Part shown: positions 41,706 through 53,664 of the stretch, one piece after another
Layout: each line of letters begins with the position of its first letter
How positions within the stretch are numbered: position 1 is the stretch's first letter
Assembly (NCBI RefSeq): GCF_018977255.1
Contig: NW_024704743.1
Span: 15,874,001-15,938,000, forward strand
Length of the DNA stretch: 64,000 nt
Source: Callorhinchus milii
Taxonomy: Eukaryota
Direction of reading: 5' to 3'
Program-made: the position numbers and the translations under genes
Notes under the pieces: model-generated
Databases searched by the model: none
Seen by the model: the letters and a program-made list of their open reading frames with translations, nothing else
Told to the model about the DNA's origin: nothing

Positions 41706-44613
41706 GATGTTGTTCTAAAGGCAAGAAGCTGAGTGTACAGTCTCCCAAATCATAGCTAGAGAATAACTGGGAGAGTTGAATTTGCAACAGTATCGAGAGC
41801 TGCTGTTACGTACTTAGATGCTGTACTATCTCATGAAATGCTTAGCCAGATATCTCCACCCCATTTAACAGAATATTATCTGTTCAACTATTCAACTGCA
41901 TTCACTGACCTTAAAGATTAAATAATCTTGCAGAGCAAGCAACTGTTGCAAATAACACTGTTATCCTTTCCCTCATTCTGATAAATCCAGTGACTGTTGA
42001 GCAAGACTGAACAGGATGGTGGAATTTGCATATGAATGTCATGATTGACAATGGGGACTACAAATGAGGAACAACAATATCTGCTCAAAGAAAAATGATT
42101 TGAATTCCATCATCTTTAAGGTGAAAGCAGTTTGGGGAATACTAACAAATTAAGTGGTTGTTAGTATAGTAATATTAAACCATAAGTTTTGGAAAGCTTT
42201 AAAAGTCTCAATTTCGCTAAATATAAACGTGAATTCTGACAGCTAGAAAGTTTTGCACTATGATTTACGAACTGAATTTAGCATGGGGGAATTACCCTCC
42301 GACAAGAACTTCATTCAGTAACAATATAAAAAGAACACTTAATATTTTAGTCCATTACTTAACACTGTGCTGAACAATGTAAGCCAGTAGGCAACAAAGG
42401 AATGAACAGAAGCAAACATACAATGCGTTTCTATAGAGGCAAATTAGAGGAGCATCATGATTTCATTTATTTCCACTCAGAAATTGCAACCCGAGCCTGG
42501 GGCTATACCTACAGTAAATTACAACAAACATTCTGTCCTCATTTTCTAATACTTTATTTTGCATGACCGCAACGCTGCTGAGCTGCTGGAATAATAATGC
42601 AAAGCACACATTTTGTTCTTTAAATTGCCTCAACTGGTTTAAGGCCATTGTAGGATTGTTTCATGAAAAAAATACAAGTTCCTAGTTCGAATTCCATCAT
42701 CCTTAAGGTGAAAGCAGTTTGGGAAAAACTAACAAATAAGTGGTTGTTAGCATAGTAATATTAAACCATAGGTTTTGGAAAGCTTTAAAAGTCTCCATTT
42801 CGCTCAATATAAACATGAATTCTGACAGCTAGAAAATTTTAATTTAATATTAAATAATATTAAGTTTTGGAAAGCTTTAAATGTCTACATTTTGCCAAAT
42901 ATAAACTTGATTTCTGACAGCTAGATGATTTTGCAATATGATTTACAAACTGGATTTCGTGTGGGGAAATTACCCCTCAACAAGAAATTGCTTAATTCGG
43001 AGTCAAACGCGAAGGCAGAATTGCTCTCTGGCTCCACACATTTCTGCTAAGTGCACTCCTCACAGTGCTGAACGCATACCACTGGCAGCTTTCTAGTGTG
43101 TACCAGAAGCACAAGTGCAAAACGTTTGCCTGTTAGCCAGATGATTATGTCCAAGAACCAGAGCTATCTGCTACTTGAACGCACAAGGCTAAATGGGGTG
43201 AATTTCAGCATTTTTTTTAGAATTGAGACAAAGGTACTGGATTAGAATCCATCGGTCTACTATTTGTATTCTCAAAATACTTCAGTATTCGAGAGGGCGT
43301 CTGCACTAGTTTCTCTCAAAGGCCACCCCCCCTCCCGAATACAATCAGCCCTTACATGAGTACGCAGAACCAGGTTAGAGACCCCAGTAAATTGCAGTCT
43401 TCACATTGCAGGTCGTTGCCAGGTATCCATGCCAACCTCAGAATACCAGCTTCCCTGCCTGCCTGCTTGACCTGTCATACCAAAGCCTAGAATGCATCAC
43501 AGTGACCAACGCAGACTCAGCTGAAGGGGAGGCAAACAGAGGTCTAAAGTCCTCACTCCACTGCCCTATTCAGCAAATGCCAACTGGTTCCTGGGATAGT
43601 CCAAACTTTGTTTGGGGACTTTTCCATTTTAAAGTTCTTTTTAATGCAGCCTGATTACCTCCATTCCAACGCCACATCTCCTGCCCCCACTACACACCCC
43701 TGTTCATGTTCACTCGTGAAAGAAGTTCAAACCCAGCAGGACTTTTCCTTCAAAACAGTCAGTGGGGATCTAGTTTTCAGTAGAAACATACACATAAATG
43801 TATACACATGCATAACACATACATGCAGAAACACACACAAATAGACCCTTCTCCCTTGTTTGGCATCCAAACCCGTTATTTTGAAGTACTGTGAGATGTT
43901 GATCTATAGGAAGAGCATTATATAACTGCAAATTGTTTTTGCTGTATAAAAATATACAAATACAAAGACATAAAAATACACAAACAATTGATAGGGATAC
44001 AGCTACTGTTAGTTCTATAAGTAAAGCCACAGTTCCACATGAAATAGACATATAGAAGAGATCCCTGGTCTGTATTGAGTTAGCTCATATCAGACAAGGC
44101 AGCAATTAATAATAATAATCCCAAATGAGTTGGAATGTAGGGGCATATTCCACCCTAATATCTACTCTCAGAAAGGATGACGATTCTCCTGACAGACTAT
44201 GTTCACATCGTTGAGACGTCTCAAAACGCTTTACAGAATATACTGTAAAATGGATTGACTGTGTACTTTGTGGGCAAAACACGGCTGCCATTGGGGTGAG
44301 AGTCTTTGATATCGCTTGGGTGGGGAGGGGGCACGGAGAGGACATCATTTGTCACCCCTGCTGAAATTATATGGGTTCCGTTATTATGCTTCCCCCCCAC
44401 CCACATTGTCACATAGTTTATTGACATGACTGTCTCGGCTCATACATCTAGTAGAGAAAATGTGAAGTAAATTTCTATTAAAAGGACTGAAAATGCGTTC
44501 TGATCATCGACGTTTCTGAAGTAAGTTTCAATTGACGGTAAAAATCTTTCAGAATGGCGTTTGATTAGAATGTCTATTATAACCAGAAACGTATGCACAT
44601 CACTGGCACTAAC

Positions 44614-44711
44614 CTAGCCGACAGGACATCAATAAGTTCTCTTCTGTTCTGAACCCGGAGCTTGTTGGTTTGGTACCTGGGGTCTCCGCTCAGTGCAGGT
44701 AATGACATGAG
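44614..44711 (-). CDS. SUGCT: SUGCT internal coding exon (98 nt, phase 0/2; equivalent to human exon 11)
   Basis: cctctttgctctttttcaag|CTCATG...GCTAG|gttagt translates to LMSLPALSGDPRYQTNKLRVQNRRELIDVLSA(R). In frame with both neighbouring exons and similar to human [33 protein letters not shown] (recalled). Confidence 0.95.
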
Positions 44712-45868
44712 CTTGAAAAAGAGCAAAGAGGAAAGGCCAATGATGTAACAGTCATTTTCAAAACAAATCTCTGTCTGCTATCTGTTAAACCATAGCTCGG
44801 GGCTGTTTTCTATTTTTTTTGAGTGAAGAGCTTGAAGTTACCAGGAAGAGTGATAGAGGATAGGAAACTGGACTCATTTAGGGAAAATTTAAGAGATTGT
44901 AAGAGATATGTTAACTGGCTTGTTAATTTAGTATTAAACTAAGAACATCTTCTACTCACATGGGGCAAAATCCTCCCAAATGAGTTGGAATGTAGGGGCA
45001 TTTTCCACCCCAATATCTACTCTCAGAAAGGATGACAACTCTCCTAACAGACTATGTTCAATTGTATTTTTATAGCATATTCTTATGTCAAAATGTCTCA
45101 TAGCACTTTACAGTTAATTACGATCAAGTGCAGTGACTGTTTCTGTAGGCAACTATGGCACACAATTGTGGCTAGCAAGGCTCCACACGCAGTCATAGGT
45201 GATTGCCAAATTCATCTGGAGGATTGTTGGGAAACTGACTTCTCTTCTCGCAAAGTGTTGTGAGAATACAAATGTCCACCTGATTGGGCACAACGGAACT
45301 TGATTTAATTTGCCATCCAAATGACAATGCAGCAACTGCCCTCCATGACAGCTTAGCTCAAATCCAGCCATGGAACTTTAACCCAAAGGAGTAACTGAAT
45401 GATTCATATAATTTTTCACATCTCCAAAATTACACACTGGACATAAACAAACAGCTAATATGTAAAATACAGGATACCATTTTGGTTGTGTCTTTGGACC
45501 AGAGGTTTTGTGATTAAATCACAGTGGGTTCCCTCAATGTTTCATCTTTTGAAAGTCAATAAAATAAGTACAGGGACATGTGGGGGGGCGCGGGGGCAGA
45601 AGGTAATCTTCTTGCGGGAGGGTGGGTTGGGAGGAGCTGGGTTTGAGGAGAGATGTCTGGCAAAACCAAACAAACAGGTTTCCAGTAATCCAATGCATTG
45701 GTATTGGTTGACTAGCTTCTCTGGATCATCAATGCGAATTAGAGCCGCAGACATTCCTCAACCATACGGTTATTATCCGTATAACCAGCCATATGATTAA
45801 ATAACTAACTCGTAACATTACAAGCTATCTGATATTATGTGTACATTGTTTCACAGAAAGTAGTTCAC

Positions 45869-45940
45869 CTTGCAAATAATTGAAAATTGCTGGTCATTTC
45901 CAGCGCAAATCACAAGGAAGCCGTCCTTTGTCTTGAAAGC
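45869..45940 (-). CDS. SUGCT: SUGCT internal coding exon (72 nt, phase 0/0; equivalent to human exon 10 by recall)
   Basis: Minus strand ccctattttatag|GCTTTCAAG...TGCAAG|gtgaac translates to AFKTKDGFLVICAGNDQQFSIICK, matching the vertebrate SUGCT segment [24 protein letters not shown] (recalled). Confidence 0.95.
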
Positions 45941-46329
45941 CTATAAAATAGGGTTTAAGTTAAAAGAAAACATGTTAAGATATATCTGCATTAATGTGTA
46001 AGGAGGGAAAAAAGCAATAGATTTCTTGTTAAGGTCTAAAGTCAGACATAAACTGGAAGAACAAGCATAAGCCGAGGTTCGACGGCCTCCTCCTCTACTG
46101 TAACTTCTATGTTACCATCAACAACACTTTCCCAAGGTCTGCAGGTAAAGACTGTAAACCAATCCACAACATCAACAGTATGCTGAAGTAATAGATTGTT
46201 TCCATTGGTCAGCAACACAGTAATAAAAGGACACAGATGTAAGATAGTCACAAAAGGATGCAGAGCATTTGGTTGGAATTAGGAAGTCCCAGGCACAAAC
46301 AGCTGTTGAAGCAGAGTCCATCAATACTT

Positions 46330-46708
46330 TGTTTTGGTCAGCTTGGGGTCTGACACAAGCGGAAACCCATCCTCATGCTTAAGAGTACCCAAACCAAACT
46401 GAGAATTTTGTGCATCCCACCTATACATGGAAATCCCAAAGATAGATTGTTGAAATGGAATGCGGACTCTCTCCATGGAGGGACGCTTCCTGCTTACCTA
46501 ATTCCGGAAAGTAATAGGCACAGGTTGGCAAAACCAAGGCTTGGGGACCCCAGAGTGTGTGGTGGTGTACTGCTGGAGTCTAACCAGTTAAAACCACATA
46601 GCTTGCCATTGATATTGCTGTTTGGAAAGTTTTCCCGCTGCTTGTCCAGCTTGGACCACGCACACTACCCTTTAGAGCTTTGGCTTGTAGGGTTAAAAGG
46701 GTAGCCCT
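46330..46708 (-). repeat. Family X longest copy
   Basis: Overlaps the other family X copies; lies about 390 bp upstream (in transcript sense) of the first SUGCT exon found. Confidence 0.88.
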
Positions 46709-47401
46709 TTGAGGGTCTCAACAACGTGATAAGGCGCTACATCAAATGCACTGATTATTATTATAACAGGAGTTGAGTGGGATGATTCCCTGCCCCCCCA
46801 GTGACTGGTAATGCACCAGGCTGTCATCAGCAGTGCTCTGGAGTAATGCGGACCCACCTGGCACAGGAACAGACTAAAATGGAGTAGGGATTATTAATAA
46901 TAGTGCTTGTATTTGAGATAGTTAAGTAACTTTCATGTCTCAAAGCGATTCACAGGATTTACACAGTGATGTCTTTCAAACAGCTGTGAAGTAAACGACC
47001 AATTTTATCTACAGGATTGTGTGTCAAATATGGAGAACACCAAGGCAGACTCAATGGACTGTATGGACTGTTTGTGAGGAGCAAACAACAACTTGCATTT
47101 ATATACTGTAAGCAACTTTCACGTGAGTAGCATCTCAGGAGTGCTTTAAAGGATGAGAAGGCCATACAAGTGTCCTGCTGGTGCTTCTGCCTTTCATTGT
47201 GCTGTAGTATTTTAAGATTAAGTTGTTTTAGGCATAGTGATTCGATAGTGTCATACTGTATTCCACATGATACATGATCAATAATTACACTGTATTCAGA
47301 AAGTGGCAGAGTAAAACATAGAGATTAGCTGAAATTGTATCGAAAACTATATCAAACTGCTAGATAAATGCAATTGAAAATCTGAAAAACAAACAAGTGT
47401 A

Positions 47402-47630
47402 CCTCTCCCTGGAGGGATGCATTCTGCTTAGCTGATTCCAAAGAGTTTTACGTGCAGGTTTGCAAGAGCCAAGGCTTTAGAGAACCCAGAGTGTGCGTTG
47501 GGGCACTGCTGGATTCAAACCAGCTAAAGCTTACCATTGGCAGCACTGCCTGGCAACCTTTCACACTGTTTATCCAGCTAAGATCTCCCTTTCTATTAGG
47601 GTTTTGGGGTTTGCAGAGTTAACGGGAGCT
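47402..47630 (-). repeat. Family X copy lacking the 3' end
   Basis: Colinear with 46470-46705. Confidence 0.8.
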
Positions 47631-48220
47631 CAAAATAACTTTGAGTTAATTCTATGACTGGAATTGCAGCTGATTGCTGGGCATAATGTGGCAGGGCTGA
47701 ATTTCCTGATTCGTGTAAGAAAATAACCAAATCGATGTTGCAACTTCCCCATTAGTAGGACAAGCTGCCAAGTTTTGAAATGTTATTGGCAAGGAAAAAA
47801 TGACTCCTAATACGTTCAACAACAACAACAAATTGCATTGATATGGTGCCTTTCACGTCGTTCAGTGCAACTCAGAGCTTAACCCAGACAACGACACAAG
47901 CAGGGGTCTCCGATTGCATCTACCCAAACCAACCTGAAACAGTGAAATTAAAGCTATACTCAAACTATGTTTTATCAAAGTGTGTTCCGAAAAGGTTAAA
48001 GGCAGCGATGACTGTATCAACCCTTTGTATCAACCCCATTGAGACATCCTGAAGATATAAGGCACTATATCAAATGCAAGGAATATTATTATTATTTACG
48101 GTACTTTCTATGAAGCGCTTTAGGACATCTCGAAGATGTGGTAAGCTGTAATATCAAATGCTAGTATTATTATAAATATAAAAATCCCTACATTTGATAT
48201 AGCGCTTTTCACATCTTCTA

Positions 48221-48236
48221 CTTATTTATTTATTTA

Positions 48237-48300
<64 letters not shown>

Positions 48301-48405
48301 GTAGAAGATGCGAAAAGCGCATTTATTAAATAAATAAATCCCACATAGGTAGGTAGGTAGGTAGGTAGGTAGGTAGGTAGGTAGGTAGGTGGGTGGGTGG
48401 GTAGG
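48221..48405. repeat. (TTTA)n/(TAAA)n and (AGGT)n microsatellites
   Basis: Seen directly. Confidence 0.95.
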
Positions 48406-48599
48406 TGGAGTTGAGAGAGTGACTTCTAATTTTTTAAAAAAGTTTCAAACAAATATCAATACAGGTGGAAGACTAAAAAGGATTAAAATAAAAAGGCAGG
48501 AGGTTAGGGAAAAAAGAGAGAATCAAAGGAAAAAAGGAACAAAAATTGTGGTATTTATAAACCTTATGATTACCAAGTTCCTTATTTAAAGAATTTTGT

Positions 48600-48875
48600 T
48601 GAGAGATGCTTTGAAATAAACCCACATCCATCACTCCGGCCTCCTGTTCTTCCCTCGCACTACCCCACGAAACTCTGCAACTCTCTCCCTCAGTCCCACC
48701 CCTTTGCCCCATTCCTCCCCACTTTCAAATCCTGCCTCCAAGACTTTCCGTTTTGATCGTGCTTACGGTCACCTCTCCCCTCCCTCTCCCCCAGCTCGAG
48801 GTCAGACTCTGCCACTGTCAAGCGCTCCGGGACTCTACCCCACGTGAAAGGCGCTATATAAATGCAAGTTGTTGT
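48600..48875 (+). mobile_element. L2 3' UTR/tail fragment, second L2 family
   Basis: aagcgctccggg...cacgtgaaaggcgctatataaatgcaagttgttg. Related tails at 12890-13095 (-), 35755-36100 (-) and 59930-60030 (+). Confidence 0.75.
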
Positions 48876-51800
48876 AAATATTAACGGTAGCATCATAAAA
48901 GCTTGGGAGTGAAGATGGTGCTTTCTCCCTCCCTACCCTCAATATGTACCTGTTTGACCATACTTTTGGTCATCTTTCCCTTCCTCACCTCGCTGAGCTC
49001 CCATTCTCAGCTCCGGTGCTGAATTGTCGAGGGCTTTGGGTTGTTCTGCTGATGTGAAAAGTGTTATAGAAGTGTAAACTGTTCTGTACTGTGTTTTCAA
49101 CGTGCTGCTTTACAAGACAGCGATTTAGTTAAATCAAATTCTCTAAGGTAGCATTGAAAGGTTCCCAATTGTCACCCTTTTATAAAGTGCTGCTTTAATA
49201 ATAATTATACTACTTGCATTTGATATAGTGCCTCATCACGTCTTCGAGACGTCTCAAAGCACTTCACAGTAAACAGTACTGTAAACTGAATTGACTGTAT
49301 ATTTTGTGGGCAAAACATTTTTGAATGGAATACCAGCGCAAGAGACTCCAGGAACATGGCCTATGAAGATGGCAGTCCAGGGCTGCACTACAAAGGTGGT
49401 GCTGCCCAGATCTCCCCTGCTTGTACAGCTGGCAGTGAGTCTTGGATCCTGGTTTAGTTTATCGACTTTTTATCATAGAAACCATTTCTATTTTTAATTT
49501 GCCAAACAAACATTGTTTCAAATCTTGAAACTGCAGTCATTAGCATTTCTGCTTCAGATATTTCTGACGTTTCTGGGAAAATCATTAGTTTACCTCTATA
49601 ACTCTGAGATATCTTTTGAAAATTGAACAATGAAGTGTGTTTCTCTTTGTGAGAATTTATTTAACAGCAAATCGATGACAAGCATTTACGGAAATAAACT
49701 TTTTTTTCATCTTTCTGCAAAATCCATAGAAGTTATCTCACTGAGTACAGGAATGTATTTCCTAAAAAGCATTTGTTTGTTTTATTTGAGGTTCTTTGAC
49801 CACGAATTTTGAATCACCATAGAAGTTTCATTCATAATTACTTGATTTTGTACATATTATTGTACATTCACAGCGAGCTTCATTCAACCGTACACAAAAT
49901 AAAATAAAAGGGCAAATGCCAGAAACAATATTTAATGAGACTTTGTTTTGACAATCTGTGGGCCATCAGCTCAAATTATTTCAAATTGGCATGTAAATTG
50001 GTACCTCTCACACAAAACCAAGATGCAATTCTTTCCTATGACGTTGAGTTAACCTTTAGGTAACCCTGTCAAAGTACTATAAATGTAACAGACAATGAAT
50101 TGCCTACTAGATGTAAGATAAGGAACAATAATTCAAAAGTTAGCTGTTTTGACAAATGAAAAATGGAAACACCTTATTAAAGATCAAGAATTGAATCCGT
50201 TTATTTTAAGAACATTTTAGGAGTTCCTTGGATACAGTACATAATTCCGGAGCAATTAGCAAGTTCTCTTCAATGAGAAACCGGCACTTCTTTTATCACT
50301 CCAAACTAGAAACCGACAACGAAAGATGTCTTTTTAATGTTGTAAAGTTTGCACTGAGATCAGATCCAATCAGTGTTTGGGAAATAGTTTCCACATAATT
50401 ACCGCACAATGTCTTTTTATATCGAGTTTACTGACCTGGGATCAGTGTTGATTGAAACATAGCTTTGTAAACACTTTCACAAATTGTGAGAAAAATGTTG
50501 ATTGAAACATAGCTTTGTAAACACTTTCACAAATTGTGAGAAAAATGTTGTTGGGAAATGCTGAAGTACAGTGGAAAGTACAAAGCTAAGCAAAGATGGA
50601 AGGGCTCAGCTTCTGATAACACCCGCTTCCGTCTGGATTGAACCAACTAAGAATCAACATTCCAGACTTTATTCAGAGTAGTCAATTAGTCTACAGAGAG
50701 CGCTCAACATACATGAATGGCGCTAGTTAACCTGTATCCATTCAAGCAGTGAAGCGCTTTGGGATGTCCTGCTGATGTGAAAGGCACTATACCAAATGGA
50801 AAGATTATTAGGATTATTATTAAGTATTAATGTTGCCTTAACGGATTAAGGAAATTGATTTTCTTAACTGTTTCTGAATGGAGCACGTGTCACACACTGC
50901 CAGTCCATCGCAACGGAAAAAAGAAGTCAGCTAAGAAACTGATCTCATCCAGTCAGAGATAACACAGAATCGTTTCCATTTGCAGTGCTACAGGTCTGTC
51001 AACCAGACTTTGCTGGGTAAATTAAGTTTAAAAAAAACCTGCAAAAGAAATTTGTCTTGCAACTTCTTTTGGTTAGTGTAACCCAGTTATACAGAGTACT
51101 CTAGTAACATTTTAAATACACTAAAGGTCAATCTTCCCATGTGAGATGAGGGCTCCAGACTCCAACTGATCTCAGCCAGTGCATGTCTCATTTTCCATTC
51201 CTTCCCAAGCTCACTGTATGAATACAATGGCCAATAACAGATACAATCAATTAGTCACGTTAGGTCTCACCACACATGGGGTCAGAATGTCAGGCGAACA
51301 TACCACAAGGAAAACAGTCAATGTTCAGTGCTCCTCTGAGTACTCATATTCCTCAGAAACCAAAGGAAAAGAAAGCACCAGTGAAAGGAGGAAAGAAGCC
51401 AATTAAGGTTTGGAAAGGGCAATAAGGAGAAAATGTGTCATGTTCCACAGCTGTGAAGCATCAAAAGGCAAGTATGTTAATTTATACCTTTGAGAGCAGT
51501 GACTTGTATAGTATTTATCTGATGGACCGCGTGGGTGTACAGGCCACTGTCAGTAACATGTAAGTCACAGGCAACAATTGTGCTGTAATACTGTGAGTAT
51601 TCTGGGCACGCCAGGGGATCAGTATCCGAGCATGCTCAGAGTGATTATCAAGCCAAGGAAGATTACTGCACGCAACTAAAGCAAGCTCGGACTACATTGA
51701 TGAGAAAAGTTGCTAAATACCTTCACAGCCAATCTTTCTCAATATATATTAATTGTGGAATTTTCAATCCTAAATCCATCATGCCATCTACTCTTTTGCG

Positions 51801-52097
51801 CACAAAACACACAGTCACTCCATTTTACAGTATATTTGTAAAGTGCTTTAAGAAGTCCTCCCAATGTAAAAAAAAACGCTATACCAAATGTAAGGAACAG
51901 TATTATATTCTTTCTGTATGTCAGTTTGAGTTGATTAATTCTTCCTTTCAGTTGAGGACTTAACCACTTTGCAAAGGATGATGTATTCAGCAAAGAGAAC
52001 AATAGAAAGCACAGAATATCCATTTATCATGAGCTGATATTATTGTCCTCTAACAAAGTCAAATATCCAATTCATCAGCACACCAGATATATCCTGT

Positions 52098-52370
52098 GGA
52101 GTCCTGTAGCTCAGTGGTTCAAGCACTCGCCTTGGGCAAGTTTTCTTACTCCACACGCCTAATAATAATCCCTCCAAAACAAAACAATAATAAATTGGTC
52201 ATTTTCAATCCACGACTGGTTGTGGGACACTGCTGTGCGCAATTGGCTGCCGCGTTTTGTCCACAAATATACGGTCAATTCACTTTACAGCATATTCTGT
52301 GAAGCGCTTTGAGACGTCTAGAAGACGTGAAGAGCACAATATCAAATGCAAGGATTATTATTATTATTAT
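52098..52370 (+). mobile_element. SINE, short subfamily, lacking the 3' half of the tRNA head
   Basis: gcactcgcc|ttgggcaag junction removes the anticodon loop and B box relative to 60102-60420. Confidence 0.88.
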
Positions 52371-52779
52371 ATCAGCAATGCAATATGAAACCCTCCTGAA
52401 CTGTCAAAGACTGCACTCCAACCTTAGGCTCAGCATTCGAGAATTACTCCACTTCAAGTGAAGTTGACTGGTTTTCTGACATCTTCCCGACGTGAAAGGC
52501 GCTATACAAATGTAATTCTATTGTTGTTCCTCTGCAGCCAACCAGATAGCAGGTTATAGCTTTTCACAAACATGATATAGTTCAACATAATAATCATCAG
52601 CACCCTTGCATAACATCATATAAAAATTACACAACTTGCGAAAACTTTTACTTTAAACTTTTTCATACATTTGTTTACCATCTATTCCACATGATAATGA
52701 AACCCTTGGATTATATGTACCAAATCACTTATCCTAGCACCACAAAATACTGATGTTCATAGGAACACCTGCTCACAAG

Positions 52780-53016
52780 AGACTTGAAATTCCAGCTAGT
52801 CTTAGCTTGCAAGAGTATTTTGCGTTAAAATGTAAGATAACACAGAATTGTGGAAAATTTTTGAATTCAGTCTTGATTTGGAAACCGTTTTTTTTAAGAA
52901 TTGCAGAAAAGCAACTTCTAATTAAGATTGAGTTCAAGAAATTTCCACAATTTTGTGCAATCTTGAATTGAAGACAATTCAGCATAGCAAGCTAAGATTG
53001 GGTGGAATTTTGTCCC
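52780..53016. mobile_element. Palindromic MITE-like element
   Basis: Imperfect inverted repeat along its length (aaattccagctagtcttagcttgc ... gcaagctaagattgggtggaattt; aattgtggaaa ... tttccacaatt). The ORFs on both strands give similar peptides for this reason. Confidence 0.7.
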
Positions 53017-53664
53017 TTATGTATTCAAGTAACCACAATAGGTTCAAACGCTTCAAAAGGCCTAAAAACAAACAGGAAACTTTTTTTTATAAACAGCATA
53101 TGTCCCTGTTGTGAGTGGAATGGATTTTTTTAATTTAATATTTCAATTGCATATTTTTTCAAAACAAGATTGGATATCAGATACTGGGAAATGCTGTACA
53201 TATTTTAAAATAAAACCTGATCCAGAGTGATCCCTGAAGCTTCAGATCCTTAAGATTATAGAGGAGAAAAGGGGTTTATATGTAACAGCTATTATCAATT
53301 TATTCCCGCCTGACAGGACCATCAACACCACAGTGAGAACATCTGGAGCAGTACCACAAAACAGGAATGATGGGAGCAACAGAGCTAGATGAGTGATGAG
53401 ATTTTTGCGGGCAAACTTCAGATACTTGTCTGAAATTCAGTCAGTCCCATAAGTCTTACCGCTGGGTAATTCAATAATTACAGGCTCCAACTCCTTGATC
53501 AAACAAATATGCCATTCAAAGCCTCTGGGATATATTTTTTCCAAGGAGAAATTATGCACTAAATACTTTTTGGTTTGGGATAAACCTTGTTTCCATCCAG
53601 TAGTTGATAATTGTAATTCCACACGCAGGTGTGAGCAGGCTGTGTCGTTTGAAATAAATAAAGC

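Noticed and set aside
46330..46708. Family X as telomerase RNA, RNase P/MRP, 7SK or SRP derivative
   Set aside because: Only a partial taaccct match. I could not find the telomerase pseudoknot or the diagnostic motifs of the other RNAs.
52753..52985. Similar peptides encoded on both strands
   Set aside because: A consequence of the DNA palindrome.
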